From contig JAJZWV010000002.1 of assembly GCA_021846505.1 (NCBI GenBank), positions 46,163-110,162 of the forward strand: 64,000 bases of DNA. Reading direction: 5' to 3'. This document shows, piece by piece, positions 1 through 8,774 of this stretch. The first letter of the stretch is position 1; every line of letters starts with the position of its first letter. Under the pieces are notes generated by a model. It did not search any database. It had not been told where the DNA came from and saw only the letters and a list, made by a program, of their open reading frames with translations. A program made the position numbers and the translations under genes. This DNA is from Bacillota bacterium (GTDB lineage: Bacteria > Bacillota > Sulfobacillia > Sulfobacillales > JAIMBI01).

Positions 1-1
1 C

Positions 2-346
2 AAGCTGACGGGATCTCAGTTCGAGGAGGCCCATTGGATGGGCGCCGCCATTGAGCGCGGCGACTGGTCCTACGCCGCGCTCCGGCGCGTAGCCTGGGAT
101 GGATTCCACTTGGCGGGCATCAAGTTGGTCGAGGCCGACTTGACCGGCGCGCACTTGGAGCGCGCCACCCTCACCCACGCCGACTTAGCGCGGGCCACGC
201 TTGATGGCGTGCACTGGGCGGGGGCGGATCTGCGCGGCGCCAATCTGGCGGGCGCCGCCCTGAGCCAGGTCAGCTGGCGCCGGGTCCGCATCGACGTGGG
301 CCAAGCGGTGCTGGTGGCGTCATCCTTGGGCGCACAGGTGGAGTAG
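2..346 (+). CDS. Pentapeptide-repeat protein (5' end cut by the window edge)
   Basis: Tandem 5-residue repeats are visible (ADLTGAHLERATLTHADLARATLDGVHWAGADLRGANLAGAAL). The frame stays open upstream of the ATG at 38, back to base 2 (KLTGSQFEEAHW). Confidence 0.75.
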   Translation, partial: KLTGSQFEEAHWMGAAIERGDWSYAALRRVAWDGFHLAGIKLVEADLTGAHLERATLTHADLARATLDGVHWAGADLRGANLAGAALSQVSWRRVRIDVGQAVLVASSLGAQVE

Positions 347-354
347 GCGAGCCG

Positions 355-786
355 CTACGGGCTGAGCGCCTGGCCATTCAGATAAACCTGCCGCCGAATC
401 TCCACCGGCGGCTCCAGCATGGCCGACACGGTGCAGTAGCGCTCCGCCGACAGCGTGACGGCCCGCTCCAGCTGAGCGGGCGTGCAGTCCGGCGACGACA
501 GCCGATAGCTGACCACCACGTGCTCAAAAATTTTGGGGTGCACCTCCCGCCGATCGGCCTCGGCCTCGATGTCAAATGCCTCGACCGTCACGCGCATCTT
601 CTGCAAAATCGACAGCACATCGATGCCGGTGCAGCCCATCAGCGAAATCAGCGTCAGCTCCGTGGGCCGGAACCCGCGGTTGGCCCCACCCACGTCGGGC
701 GAGGCATCCATCAGCACCTGGTGTCCCGATCCCGCCTCGGCAGCAAGGGCCATGCCCCCCTGCCAGCGCACGCGCGCATCCGCCAC
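355..786 (-). CDS. OsmC/Ohr family peroxiredoxin-like protein
   Basis: 143-aa ORF with the OsmC-like layout and two conserved-looking Cys contexts (LMGCTGID, ERYCTVS). GC3 is high. Confidence 0.85.
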   Translation of the reverse strand: MADARVRWQGGMALAAEAGSGHQVLMDASPDVGGANRGFRPTELTLISLMGCTGIDVLSILQKMRVTVEAFDIEAEADRREVHPKIFEHVVVSYRLSSPDCTPAQLERAVTLSAERYCTVSAMLEPPVEIRRQVYLNGQALSP

Positions 787-789
787 GAC

Positions 790-1473
790 TCACCGCCCCC
801 TTAATAATTCATGCTGAGACTCCCACGCCACAGCCTCCCAGGGCATGGGCAGCGCCGGCTCCCACGCCGGGTGGTCCTCGACGGCCGCCTGGCGGTCGCC
901 CTCCGTCTTATAGCACCGCTGCCAGCGGTCGCAGTCCAGGCAGTGGCGGGCTGGCTCCCGCGGCGGCAGTTGGCCTTCGCTGGCCCAGGCCCACGCCTGC
1001 TGCACGCGCTGCACCACCCACTCCGCAAAGGCCGTCCCCACCGGCTGCTGCGCCACCAGGCGCCCCCCGCCTTCGGCCCGCTCGTCCACCACCAGCACGC
1101 CGTGCGTAAAGGGGCGCGGCGGGCAGGCTAAGTACAGGGCCAGCTGCGCCCAGTGCGACACCGCCGGCCCCTCGCGAGCCAGCTGGGCAAAGCGCGTCGA
1201 GTTCGCGGTTTTGTACTCCAAGGGCACCGCGTCCCCCCGGCCGCCCTCCCGCACCAGGGCGTCGATGCGGCCCGACATCAGGAGGTGCGGGTCGCGGATC
1301 GTCACCTCGGCGCGCACCAGCACCCCGCGCCCGGCCAGCTCCTGCTGAAAGCGGCGGTGCATGGCCGTGCCCTCCGCCATGCGGGCGCGCGCGGCCTCGT
1401 CCAGCTGGCGGCCAAAGCCCATAAGGCCCATGGTGGCATAGCGCAGGCAGCCGCCTGCCTGCGACGCCGCCAG
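790..1473 (-). CDS. Cas4-like PD-(D/E)XK nuclease with a 4-Cys cluster; start uncertain (first canonical ATG at 1431)
   Basis: Motifs GRIDAL...LEYK (D...ExK), QLALY (QxxxY) and a C-terminal CLDCDRWQRC (CX2CX5C). The expected N-terminal Cys (QAGGCLRYAT) is encoded at 1447-1449, upstream of the first ATG/GTG/TTG. The only candidate start in frame is CTG at 1473. Confidence 0.7.
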   Translation of the reverse strand: MAASQAGGCLRYATMGLMGFGRQLDEAARARMAEGTAMHRRFQQELAGRGVLVRAEVTIRDPHLLMSGRIDALVREGGRGDAVPLEYKTANSTRFAQLAREGPAVSHWAQLALYLACPPRPFTHGVLVVDERAEGGGRLVAQQPVGTAFAEWVVQRVQQAWAWASEGQLPPREPARHCLDCDRWQRCYKTEGDRQAAVEDHPAWEPALPMPWEAVAWESQHELLRGR

Positions 1474-1504
1474 CGAGCGCGGGCGGCGGCGGGCACGCGC
1501 CGGC

Positions 1505-2230
1505 TCAGGCGTAGGACTCGCCCGGCGCGAGCGCCACCACCTCGGCCCTATCGCCCACCAGGTCCGCCAGCGCCGCCGGCGTGCCGGTGAGCGGCGGGAA
1601 GGTGCCGTAGTGCATCGGGATCACCACCTGGGGCTCCAGCAACCGAACGGCATAAGCCGCCTCTTTCGGGGCCATGGTGAAGTGCCCGCCGATGGGCAGC
1701 AGGATGATGGCGGGTGCATACAGGTCGTGGATGAGCCGCATGTCGGAAAACACGTTGGTGTCCCCCGCATGGTAAAGCGTCAGGCCGTCTTCCAGCTCCA
1801 CGACAAAGCCGGCCGCCTCGCCGCCGTAGACGACGCCCTGCGGCGTCGCGATGCCGCTGGAGTGCACGGCTTCCACCATCGTGACTTTGAGGCCGGCCAC
1901 GTCGACCGTGCCGCCCTTGTTCATGCCGATGGTGGCCGGGGCGCCTTCCACCTCTTGGAGATAGCTCGCAATTTCGAAGTTCGCCACAATGGGGGCGCCG
2001 GTCCGCTTGCCGATGGCGGCCGCATCTTCCATGTGGTCGCCGTGGCCGTGCGACACCGTGATGACATCCGCCGCCTCCACGTGCCGGTGCGCCTCGGGGC
2101 ACATGGGGTTGTGGGTCAGAAACGGATCCATCACCAAGCGCCGCCCCTTCGAGGTTTCGATCAGGAATGCGGCGTGGCCCAGCCACGTGATGCGGGTCCC
2201 ATTCAGCGCGACGCGCGTTGCCTTAGCCAT
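1505..2230 (-). CDS. Metallo-beta-lactamase-fold metal-dependent hydrolase (UPF0173-like)
   Basis: 241 aa with the HGHGDH metal motif and the overall pattern of the UPF0173 family (ITWLGHAAFLIE ... VIPMHYGTFP). Confidence 0.9.
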   Translation of the reverse strand: MAKATRVALNGTRITWLGHAAFLIETSKGRRLVMDPFLTHNPMCPEAHRHVEAADVITVSHGHGDHMEDAAAIGKRTGAPIVANFEIASYLQEVEGAPATIGMNKGGTVDVAGLKVTMVEAVHSSGIATPQGVVYGGEAAGFVVELEDGLTLYHAGDTNVFSDMRLIHDLYAPAIILLPIGGHFTMAPKEAAYAVRLLEPQVVIPMHYGTFPPLTGTPAALADLVGDRAEVVALAPGESYA

Positions 2231-2342
2231 CCAGGTGCACCCTCCCCAAACTCACTGCCTTCCAGGTTGGCGCTGCCAACAGGGTCATGGTGGCCCAGGG
2301 TGTCAGTGCCGTCAACCAGATTTCCGCGTTTCACGCGCCCAG

Positions 2343-2720
2343 CTAGTCCCTGCGCCACTCCATCAGGCGAATGCGGTTGCCTTCCGGATCCACCACCACC
2401 GCCGACAGCAGGGGGCCGTCCAGGAGTGGGCCCTCCACTCGCTCCTCAGCCAGGCGGAGGCGCTCCACCACCTCCATCACCGGGCACTCGAGATACACGG
2501 CCCCTCGGTCCCAATCCCCGCCAAACGCCGCCTCGGCCAATGGGCTCACGCCATGCAACGCCAGCGCCGCCCCGCCAGCCAGCGTGAACTGCACCCACGG
2601 GTCCCGCGCCAGCTCCTCCGCCGTGCGCTGTTGGTCGGGCGGCTGGCCCAACAGCTCGGCGTACCAGTCCGCCATCGGAGCAAGGTTCCGCACCCGCACC
2701 ACTGCATACGCCAGCTTCAC
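2343..2720 (-). CDS. VOC/glyoxalase-bleomycin-resistance family protein
   Basis: VOC-like sequence (VKLAYAVVRVRNL ... VVVDPEGNRIRL). The start was moved to GTG at 2720, which is preceded by GGGAGG at 6-nt spacing. The longer ORF to 2777 has no RBS. Confidence 0.8.
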   Translation of the reverse strand: MKLAYAVVRVRNLAPMADWYAELLGQPPDQQRTAEELARDPWVQFTLAGGAALALHGVSPLAEAAFGGDWDRGAVYLECPVMEVVERLRLAEERVEGPLLDGPLLSAVVVDPEGNRIRLMEWRRD

Positions 2721-2782
2721 GCCGAACCTCCCTCGCTGGGCGGCCTGCCGGACTCCTCTTACCGGCCAGCTTAACACGGTAT

Positions 2783-2820
2783 TGACGGTTGGCTCGCGAT
2801 CACCGGCTATACTGATCGCA
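2783..2820 (+). promoter_or_regulatory. Putative sigma-A-type promoter giving a leaderless mRNA for the response regulator
   Basis: TTGACG (2783-2788), 19-nt spacer, TATACT (2808-2813), then 6 nt to the ATG at 2820. There is no Shine-Dalgarno between the -10 box and the ATG. Confidence 0.45.
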
Positions 2821-3545
2821 TGAGTACGTCAAAGCCGGTCGTGGCGGTGGTGGAAGACGAGCCGGCCCTGAGGCAGTTGCTGGCGGCCTATCTGCAGCGT
2901 GCCGGCTTTGCCGTGCAGCTGTATGAGGATGGGGCGGCCGCCTTGGCGGGCGTGCGCGCGCAAGTCCCGGACCTCGTCATCCTGGATGTCCTGCTGCCCA
3001 AGCTGGATGGCTTCGAGGTGCTCGAGCGGCTGCAGCACGACGGCACCGCGCCCCCCGTGCTCCTGCTCACCGCCAAGACGACCGAATCTGACCGGCTCCG
3101 GGGGCTCCAGCTCGGCGCCGACGACTACGTGACCAAGCCGTTTTCGCCCGCCGAGGTGGTGCTGCGCGTCGAAGCCATCCTGCGGCGGGTGCGGGGAGGA
3201 GCCCCCACCCCCCGCACGCGCACGGTGGCCGGCATTACGGTGGACGAAGACCGGCATTTGGTGGAAGTCGCCGGCCGGCCCGTCACCCTCACACCCACCG
3301 AGTTCCGCCTGCTGACCCTCCTTATGCACCGGCCGGGCTGGACGCTGACGCGCCAGCAGCTGCTGGACGGAGCAGTGGGCACCGACTTTTTGGGCTACGA
3401 CCGCAATGTGGATGTCCATGTCGCCAACCTGCGCAAAAAGCTGGGGCTGCGGCCTAGCCCCATCCACACGGTCTATGGCGTGGGGTATCGCTTTGACCCG
3501 CCCGAGGAAGGCGGCTCGTCCGGCGCGGCGCCCTCCTCGCCGTGA
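2820..3545 (+). CDS. OmpR-family response regulator
   Basis: Receiver domain (VEDEPAL..., LVILDVLLPKLDG, KP) plus a winged-helix C-terminus (LTPTEFRLL ... VYGVGYRF). Confidence 0.95.
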   Translation: MSTSKPVVAVVEDEPALRQLLAAYLQRAGFAVQLYEDGAAALAGVRAQVPDLVILDVLLPKLDGFEVLERLQHDGTAPPVLLLTAKTTESDRLRGLQLGADDYVTKPFSPAEVVLRVEAILRRVRGGAPTPRTRTVAGITVDEDRHLVEVAGRPVTLTPTEFRLLTLLMHRPGWTLTRQQLLDGAVGTDFLGYDRNVDVHVANLRKKLGLRPSPIHTVYGVGYRFDPPEEGGSSGAAPSSP

Positions 3546-4912
3546 CGCCCCGGCCCAGGCCCCGGGCCCCCCGCCTCTCGCTCTGGGCGCAGCTGTTTCT
3601 GGCGGCCATCGCATCGACCGCCGTGGCCCTGGGGGTGGTGGGGCTGTTTGTGCGACATGCCACCGCCAGCCAGCTGGCCACGTACAGCCATCGGCGGAGC
3701 GTCGCGGTGGTGCACCAGGTAGCCGGCGCGCTGGTCCAGCAGTATCGCCTGCAGGGCGATGCCGGCCTGCACGCCGCGGCCACTCACTACGCCGCCCTGC
3801 TGAACACCGTGATTATCATTGAAAGCCGCCGGGGCCGGGTGCTGTATCGCGCCGCGCCTCCGGTGGGCCCGCGCCACGCGGGCTCCACGGTGTCTGCGAC
3901 CGTCCCGCTGTATCCGCTGGGCCCGCGCGTCCGCGTCGTGCTGAGCCACCTCCCGAACCTCGGGCCGCGCCTGTCGCCCGTGATGAAAAGCTTGCTGTCC
4001 AGCCTGCTGGTGGCGTCGCTGGTCGGGTTTCTCGCGTCGCTCTTGCTGTCCAGCCTGGTGGGCGACCGCATTGTGCGCCAGCTGCAGCGCATTGCCCAGG
4101 GCGCCCGGCGCCTGGGCGCCGGAGAGTGGAGCTACCGCGTGGCGCCGGAGGGACCGGTGGAGGTGCGCGAGCTGGCGCACGACTTCAACCGCATGGCTGC
4201 GGCGCTGGAATCCGGCGAGCATGACCGCCATCGCCTGATGGCCGACGTGGCCCACGAGCTGCGCACGCCGCTCGCGATTCTGGAAGGCTACCTGGAGGCG
4301 TGGCGGGAAGGCGTGGACATTCCTGGAGCCGACCCCCTGGCCGTCGCCCAGCAGCAGGCGCGCATCGTGTCGCAGCTGGTGGACGAGCTGCAGGACATGG
4401 CGCTGGCCGACGCCCACCAGCTGGAGCTGCAGCGGGACGAAGTGGACGTGGGGCACTTGGCGGCCGCCGTCGGCACCGACTGGCAGCGCCTGGCGGACCA
4501 GCGCCACATCGCCCTCACGGTCGAGCCCGCGCCAGCGCCCTTGGTGTGGGGAGACGCGCGGCGACTGCGCCAGGTGCTGGGGAACTTGGTGGGCAACGCG
4601 CTCAAGTACACGCCCGATGGCGGTGCAGTCACGGTTGCCGTGGCTCGCGACGCCGACACCGGCGGCGTGCGCGTCACGGTGGCGGACAACGGTCCCGGCA
4701 TCGCCGCCGAGCACCAAAGCCACGTCTTTGACCGCCTGTACCGGGTGGATGCCTCGCGCAGCCGCGGGACCGGCGGCTTTGGCTTAGGCCTAGCCATCGC
4801 CAGGCAGCTGGTGGAACTTCACGGCGGACGCATTGGAGTGGCTTCCGAACCCGGCCACGGCGCCACGTTTTGGGTGGTGCTGCCGCCAGCGCCCACTGAC
4901 GCCGGGGCTTGA
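3542..4912 (+). CDS. Sensor histidine kinase (2 TM, HAMP, HisKA, HATPase_c)
   Basis: H-box HELRTPLA, N-box LGNLVGNALKYT, and DNGPGI / GGFGLGLAIA boxes. It overlaps the regulator by 4 nt. Confidence 0.9.
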   Translation: MTPRPRPRAPRLSLWAQLFLAAIASTAVALGVVGLFVRHATASQLATYSHRRSVAVVHQVAGALVQQYRLQGDAGLHAAATHYAALLNTVIIIESRRGRVLYRAAPPVGPRHAGSTVSATVPLYPLGPRVRVVLSHLPNLGPRLSPVMKSLLSSLLVASLVGFLASLLLSSLVGDRIVRQLQRIAQGARRLGAGEWSYRVAPEGPVEVRELAHDFNRMAAALESGEHDRHRLMADVAHELRTPLAILEGYLEAWREGVDIPGADPLAVAQQQARIVSQLVDELQDMALADAHQLELQRDEVDVGHLAAAVGTDWQRLADQRHIALTVEPAPAPLVWGDARRLRQVLGNLVGNALKYTPDGGAVTVAVARDADTGGVRVTVADNGPGIAAEHQSHVFDRLYRVDASRSRGTGGFGLGLAIARQLVELHGGRIGVASEPGHGATFWVVLPPAPTDAGA

Positions 4913-4919
4913 CCACATC

Positions 4920-4948
4920 TTGACACATAATTGATGAGCGCTTGACAG
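4920..4948 (+). promoter_or_regulatory. Direct repeat CTTGACA x2 (22 nt start-to-start), a possible response-regulator operator or promoter element
   Basis: CTTGACA occurs at 4920-4926 and again at 4942-4948, in an AT-enriched spacer between the kinase stop and the next gene. No convincing -10 box lies at the proper spacing. Confidence 0.3.
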
Positions 4949-4990
4949 GTTCTTAACAGCCTCCGGGGACAATCGCGGTGGAGGTGACAC

Positions 4991-5632
4991 ATGTCGCACG
5001 CAAACCAAAGCTCGGGTCCGCGGGCAGGGATTCTCGGAACAGCGCGGCGCCGGTGGGCGCTGCTGGCGGCGGGCGTCGGCACTGCGGCGGCCGTTGCCGT
5101 GGGTGGTGCCGTCTTTGCCGCCAGCCCGGCCAGCGGCGGCACGGGATTTTGGGGGCTTCTGGCCAACAAGCTGGGCGTGTCGGTGACGACGCTCAAAAGT
5201 GACGTGGCCAGCGTCAAGGGGCAGCAGTTTCAGGCGTACGCCCAATCTCACCACCTAACGCCGCAGCAGATTGCAGCCGGGCAAAAGCGCATTCAGCACG
5301 CGCAGTGGCGCGTCGTGCCTGCGCACGCGTTTTGGCGGCACGCGTGGCGCCCGCTGGTGCTTCACACCACTGCCACTACGCTCAAAATGACACCGGCGGC
5401 CGTGCGCGCCGCACTGCGCGGCGGCACAACGCTGGGCCAGCTGGCCACGGCGCACGGCAGCTCGCCGGCAGCACTGCAGCAGGCGGTGCAAAGCGCGCTG
5501 AGTGCGCGCCTGGCCAAGCTGGTGGCGTCCGGCAAGATGTCGGCCGCACGGCAGGCGGCGATTGAGAAAGGGGCAGCGCGCATGCTGCCGCATCTGATGA
5601 CGCGCAGCTGGGGACACCGGCCGAGCGCCTAA
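4991..5632 (+). CDS. Secreted hypothetical protein with a twin-arginine-like signal
   Basis: N-terminus has RRRWALLAAGVGTAAAVAVGGAVFAASPASG. RBS GGTGGAGGTG lies upstream. No family was recognised. Confidence 0.6.
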   Translation: MSHANQSSGPRAGILGTARRRWALLAAGVGTAAAVAVGGAVFAASPASGGTGFWGLLANKLGVSVTTLKSDVASVKGQQFQAYAQSHHLTPQQIAAGQKRIQHAQWRVVPAHAFWRHAWRPLVLHTTATTLKMTPAAVRAALRGGTTLGQLATAHGSSPAALQQAVQSALSARLAKLVASGKMSAARQAAIEKGAARMLPHLMTRSWGHRPSA

Positions 5633-5647
5633 GCGTCTCGGACGAAT

Positions 5648-5683
5648 CAGGCGGGCTGGGGCTCAAAAGCACCAGCCCGCCTG
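5648..5683. terminator. Bidirectional intrinsic-terminator-like hairpin between convergent genes
   Basis: Perfect 12-bp stem CAGGCGGGCTGG / CCAGCCCGCCTG with a 12-nt loop, between the stop at 5632 (+) and the glnA stop at 5694 (-). There is no clear U-tract. Confidence 0.6.
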
Positions 5684-5693
5684 CTGGCAGAGG

Positions 5694-7013
5694 CTAGTAC
5701 ACGGTCAGGTACTGGTCAATTTCCCACGCGTGCACTTCCTCCGCGTAGACGTCCCACTCAATCCGCTTGGCTTCAAGAAATTGCTCGGCAATGTGGGCGC
5801 CTAGCGCCTCGCGCATCAGGGCATCGCGCTTCAGCGCGTCCAGGGCGCTGGCGAGGCTGTCGGGCAGGCGCCTGAGTCCCAGGCGATCGGCGTCGGCGGC
5901 CGCCGCCAGGTTGCGCGGCTGCGCCGCCGGCGGCTCCAGGCCCCGGGCGATGCCATCCAGCCCCGCCTGAATGGTCACGGCCCACGCCAGGTACGGATTG
6001 GCGGAGGGATCTGGGGATCTCAGCTCCAAGTGCAGGCGGTCCGGGGGCGCGGTGACCACGCGCACCAGGGGGCTGCGGTTGGATTCCGACCACCCCACAT
6101 ACATGGGAGCCTCGTAGCCCGGCACCAGCCGCTTGTACGAGTTGACCAGAGGATTGGCCACCGCCGTATAGCCCGGTGCATGCGCAAGGAGCCCCGCCAG
6201 GTACCGTCGGCCCATGCTCGACAGGTGGCCGTCCTGCGCCATGACATTCTGCCCGTCCGCCATTCGGCTGAGATGCTGGTGCAGGTGCAGGCCGGACCCG
6301 TTGATGCCCGTCACCGGCTTGGGCAGAAACGTGGCGTGGCACCCAAAGCGCCGCGCCACTTCCCGCACCACCACCCGGAGCGTCACCAGCAAGTCTGCGG
6401 CATACAGCGCATCGGTGGGAGCTAAGTCAATTTCGTGCTGGCCGGGCGCCACTTCATGGTGGCTGGCCGCCACGGGAAACCCCATCGCCAAAAGCTCCAG
6501 GACAGCCGCCCGCCGCACATCTTCACCCACGTCGCCGGGCGACACGTCAAAGTAGCCGCCTTGGTCCTGCGTCCGAATCGTCGCCCGCCCCTGCTGGTCG
6601 CGCTCAAACACAAAAAACTCCACCTCGGGAGCCACCTGAATGGCAAGCCCCATCTCTCCTGCCTGATCCAGCACCCGCTTTAAGGCCGAGCGCGGGCAGC
6701 CGGGAAACGGGGACGCGTCGGGATTGACAATGTCGCAGACCATGCGCGCGGCGGGCGGGTCCTCCAGGCCCGGCGGGTCGACCCGAAACGTCTCGGGGTC
6801 GGGCAGCAGATACACATCGGCCTCTTCACTGCGCACAAACCCCAGGACCGCCGACCCGTCAAACAGCACCCGGCCCGCCAGGGCATCGGGCAGCCCCGCG
6901 GCTGGAATGGCGACGTTTTTGACCACGCCCAAGATATCCGTGAACTGCAGGCGCACCAGCTGAACCCCTGCCTCCTGGGCCAGGCGAACCACGTCGTCGG
7001 CAGTCTGCCTCAT
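5694..7013 (-). CDS. glnA: Glutamine synthetase, type I
   Basis: GS-like throughout (FTDILGVVKNV, HHEVAPGQHEI, NGSGLHLHQH, SYKRLVPGYEAP, SNRSPLVR). The start was set at the ATG at 7013, which is preceded by GGGAAGGGGG. Confidence 0.95.
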   Translation of the reverse strand: MRQTADDVVRLAQEAGVQLVRLQFTDILGVVKNVAIPAAGLPDALAGRVLFDGSAVLGFVRSEEADVYLLPDPETFRVDPPGLEDPPAARMVCDIVNPDASPFPGCPRSALKRVLDQAGEMGLAIQVAPEVEFFVFERDQQGRATIRTQDQGGYFDVSPGDVGEDVRRAAVLELLAMGFPVAASHHEVAPGQHEIDLAPTDALYAADLLVTLRVVVREVARRFGCHATFLPKPVTGINGSGLHLHQHLSRMADGQNVMAQDGHLSSMGRRYLAGLLAHAPGYTAVANPLVNSYKRLVPGYEAPMYVGWSESNRSPLVRVVTAPPDRLHLELRSPDPSANPYLAWAVTIQAGLDGIARGLEPPAAQPRNLAAAADADRLGLRRLPDSLASALDALKRDALMREALGAHIAEQFLEAKRIEWDVYAEEVHAWEIDQYLTVY

Positions 7014-7232
7014 GCGAAACGCCCCCTTCCCAAAGATGGCGCGCACTTAGCGCGCGGATAGCCACGATGAAGATAATGATAGCGCGGATGTGGCGTCCGC
7101 CCGCCGGCGGCTCGGGATCGCCTCATCATGCCAGATTCTTGGCGGCAGGCGAGCCCAACATCGGAGCCGCCGCTGCGAACCTTGTACCGCGAGCGCATCC
7201 ACCGCCCCCCAAGGGCACAGGAGGGACACACA

Positions 7233-7688
7233 ATGCGGCAGGGACTTCCCGCAACTCATGTGGGCTCCGCCGGCGGCGCCCTCGGCGTGGCGCTGCTCAC
7301 GGCCTATCTGACGATGCTGGCGCCCCATCCCGTGCACGCCGCCCCCCCATCAGACGGCTTCCGCGGCGCCCCCGCCAGCGACCCGCCTCCCCCAGATGGC
7401 GGTCACCGTCACCACCACGACGCGGCTGCCCACGCCGGCTGCCCCTGGCCCGGCTGTCCAGGGGACAGAGCACGGCACAAAGCACCAGCCGAAGACGGAT
7501 CCGGGCAAGGGGCACAAACACTCCCGCCATCACGGGCACTAGCCGGCAGAAGGCCGGGCCGCCGCTTTCCCCGGGTGCCTAGTCCGCCGCCGTGGCAGCC
7601 ACCCGCTGCCCGGCCGCGCGCACCCGAATGGCTTCCACTTCGTCGTCGGGAATCGCTCGCTCAAAGCGGCGAAACCCAGCCATCCTGA
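7233..7688 (+). CDS. Possible small secreted His-rich protein (3' limit doubtful)
   Basis: Strong RBS AGGAGGG lies 7 nt before the ATG at 7233. The product has a signal-like N-terminus (GALGVALLTAYLTMLAPHPVHA) and a GGHRHHHD stretch. GC3 bias is lost after about 60 codons, and the ORF tail overlaps the convergent gene. Confidence 0.3.
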   Translation: MRQGLPATHVGSAGGALGVALLTAYLTMLAPHPVHAAPPSDGFRGAPASDPPPPDGGHRHHHDAAAHAGCPWPGCPGDRARHKAPAEDGSGQGAQTLPPSRALAGRRPGRRFPRVPSPPPWQPPAARPRAPEWLPLRRRESLAQSGETQPS

Positions 7689-8682
7689 ACCCATGTCGGT
7701 CGGCGATGGCGGCAATCTCGCCCGCTTTGCCGGGATCCACCGTGGGGCCCAGCGTGAAGTTTTCCAGCCGCCCGTCTAACGCCAGCGCCATGGTTTCGGC
7801 CATGCACGCCTCCACCATGCGCGGCGGGAAGCCAAAGTCAAAGCCCAGGTCGGCCCGCTCCCCCGGCACCTCGATGACGCCGCCGTCAATGACCAGCACA
7901 TCGGGGCGCCGCTCGGTCACCACGCGCGACAGGTTGCGCGGCCGCGCCACATCGCACACCACGGCACCCGGCTTCAAATCCTCGGGCGCCACCAGTGCGT
8001 CCGGCGACGAGGAAACCGCAATGAGAACGTCGGCGCGCCGCACCGCCCGCGGAATATCCGTCTCCACATGCAGGCGGACGCCGGGATAGCTGGCGGCCAA
8101 GGTGGCCGCCAGCTCCTCGAGCCGCTCTCGCCCCCGGGCCACCACCGTGATTTCCGGCACCTCGCGGGCCAGCAAGTGGCAGCACGCCGCCCCAATCGAG
8201 CCCGTGGCGCCGATAACCGCCACATGGGCCGCCCGCGGCTCCACGCCCAGCCGCCGCGCCGCTCTGAGCGCCCCGGCGACTGCGGTGGCGGTGGTGTACG
8301 AGTTGCCGGTGGTGACGGGGATGTGGAGGCGGCTGGCCAGGGTCACCCCCCGGTCCCCGGCGATTTTGGTGAACGCCCCCAAGCCCAAAATTTCCGCCCC
8401 CAGCCTTTCGGCCATCCGGCCCGCCTTTTCTAAGGCGCGCAGCACCACCGGGTAGGGGGTTTCCAGCAGTACCCGCGGCGTCATCGCCAGCGCCACGAGC
8501 CAGCCTTCCAGCTGCTCTCCCGTGGGAGACACCACCCCGGTCACGTGCCCGACCCGCATCGGGGGGACATGGCGAAACAGCGACTCCACCCATCGCTCGG
8601 GCAGCCGCTGGGTAAAGGGATACTTGCGCGCGAAATCATCGAACCGCAGTGGGTGCATTAGAAACGCAAACTGCCGAGCCAT
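7579..8682 (-). CDS. Acyl-ACP reductase (AAR)-like NAD(P)-dependent oxidoreductase
   Basis: Collinear with my recollection of cyanobacterial AAR: FAFLMHPL, GLGAFTKI, TTGNSYTTA, VAVIGATGSIGAACCHLL, and a Cys in EACMAETM at the AAR catalytic-Cys position. Start is the ATG at 8682 with GGAGGG upstream. The longer 574-aa ORF is Gly/Arg junk. Confidence 0.85.
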   Translation of the reverse strand: MARQFAFLMHPLRFDDFARKYPFTQRLPERWVESLFRHVPPMRVGHVTGVVSPTGEQLEGWLVALAMTPRVLLETPYPVVLRALEKAGRMAERLGAEILGLGAFTKIAGDRGVTLASRLHIPVTTGNSYTTATAVAGALRAARRLGVEPRAAHVAVIGATGSIGAACCHLLAREVPEITVVARGRERLEELAATLAASYPGVRLHVETDIPRAVRRADVLIAVSSSPDALVAPEDLKPGAVVCDVARPRNLSRVVTERRPDVLVIDGGVIEVPGERADLGFDFGFPPRMVEACMAETMALALDGRLENFTLGPTVDPGKAGEIAAIADRHGFRMAGFRRFERAIPDDEVEAIRVRAAGQRVAATAAD

Positions 8683-8774
8683 GCTGGTCCCTCCCCGAGT
8701 GCAGATCGTGTGCTCAATTTTGTGCACACTCCTCATCCGGCTCAGGATACCATGTGGGGCCCGCCGTGCCCAAT

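Noticed and set aside
790-1473. The Cas4-like gene as evidence for a CRISPR-Cas locus.
   Set aside because: No repeat-spacer array and no cas1/cas2 or effector genes occur anywhere in the 64 kb. The flanking genes are OsmC and an MBL hydrolase, so only a stand-alone nuclease is supported.
3473-4723. A 416-aa ORF antisense to the histidine kinase. Similar long antisense ORFs occur elsewhere (e.g. 9436..10827, 8649..10067, 26973..28778, 36033..37625, 58130..59434).
   Set aside because: They are extremely Arg/Gly/Pro/His-rich with no motifs. They lie opposite genes with clear family signatures. These are typical stop-codon-poor shadow frames of very GC-rich DNA.
4920-4948. The two TTGACA hexamers as -35 boxes of a standard promoter for the 4991 gene.
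   Set aside because: Neither has a TAnnnT -10 hexamer at 16-19 nt spacing. They are reported only as a low-confidence direct repeat.
7047-7130. A GlnR/TnrA operator or glnA leader element in the AT-richer patch (ATGAAGATAATGATAG) upstream of glnA.
   Set aside because: No TGTNA-N7-TNACA-type palindrome or other recognisable consensus could be aligned. Only a short GCGCGC-taagt-GCGCGC self-complement is present.
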